Source of the DNA: Octopus vulgaris | Taxonomy: Eukaryota | Reading direction: 5' to 3' | DNA length: 64,000 nucleotides | Assembly: GCA_951406725.2 (NCBI GenBank) | Contig: OX597817.1 | Coordinates: 102,920,001 to 102,984,000, forward strand | Part shown: positions 63,431-64,000 of the stretch, one piece after another | Numbering within the stretch: position 1 is the stretch's first letter | Layout: the number at the start of each line of letters is the position of its first letter | Notes under the pieces: generated by a model | Seen by the model: only the letters and a program-made list of their open reading frames with translations | Database searches by the model: none | What the model was told of the DNA's origin: nothing | Position numbers and translations under genes: made by a program

Positions 63431-64000
63431 TCAGGCTGAGTAAAAAGTAAGCAACGTTTTGAAACATGAAATTCATCACAATATATTTCAACAATGAGGA
63501 AGTTTTATTCATCAAAGTAAGTACCATTACAATCAACACATTTTTGCCAATGAGTTACTAGTTTGTTTATTGTGGTAACATAAAACTAGAGTTCTGGAGC
63601 TCATGAACTCTTTGAATGCATTTTCAGCATGAGGTTTGATATTTGAAATCCTTCTCTCACAAGAAATAATCAAGGTGCTTGAAAATGGTAGTTCTATTGG
63701 AGAAAGGTCTGGGGTGTAAGCTGGGTAGGGAAGAACTTCTAGCGCATCATTAGTGAAACGTGTGGTTGAGCATTGTATGAAGAATGATTGGTCCTCTTCT
63801 GTTGACCAGTCTGAGATTGAAGAATAGCAGTTTTCATTCATTTTGGCAATTTCATGGCAATATGTTTCTTCAGTAATGGTTTTTTGAAATTTTAAGCAGT
63901 TATAGTGGATGAGTCCAGCAGTACACCATCAAACAGTCACTATAATCTTCTTTTTGAGGAGCTCGGGTTTAGGGAAGGTTTTCAGTGCTTCATTGTGATC
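63431..64000 (-). mobile_element. Mariner 3' portion running off the window
   Basis: TA-flanked TIR tcaggctgagtaaaaagtaagcaac; LEVLPYPAYTPDLSP motif. Confidence 0.8.

Overview
AT-rich, microsatellite-dense eukaryotic DNA made almost entirely of transposon debris. The repeat repertoire (tRNA-derived Meta- and CORE-type SINEs, RTE, R4/Dong and Tx1 LINE fragments, mariners, Penelope-like pieces) resembles an octopus/coleoid cephalopod genome; that assignment is inference. No intact host protein-coding gene can be supported, and most track ORFs are translations of simple repeats or antisense of TEs. Most notable: (i) a TSD-flanked element at 24459-24858 joining a tRNA-derived Pol III head to a Penelope-type hammerhead-ribozyme terminus, with an inverted second terminus; (ii) several more minimal hammerhead remnants; (iii) GG-terminated, 8-bp-TSD (Merlin/MULE-like) elements carrying (TTAGGG)n, one an ~830-bp palindrome and one with a triplicated end; (iv) an R4/Dong-like LINE in (TACA)n and SINE arrays in (TAA)n, suggesting microsatellite targeting; (v) a patchwork local duplication with a microhomology junction; (vi) a switch to CpG-depleted sequence after ~48 kb, consistent with a methylated gene body. 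Coordinates were read by eye and ends without TSDs are approximate.
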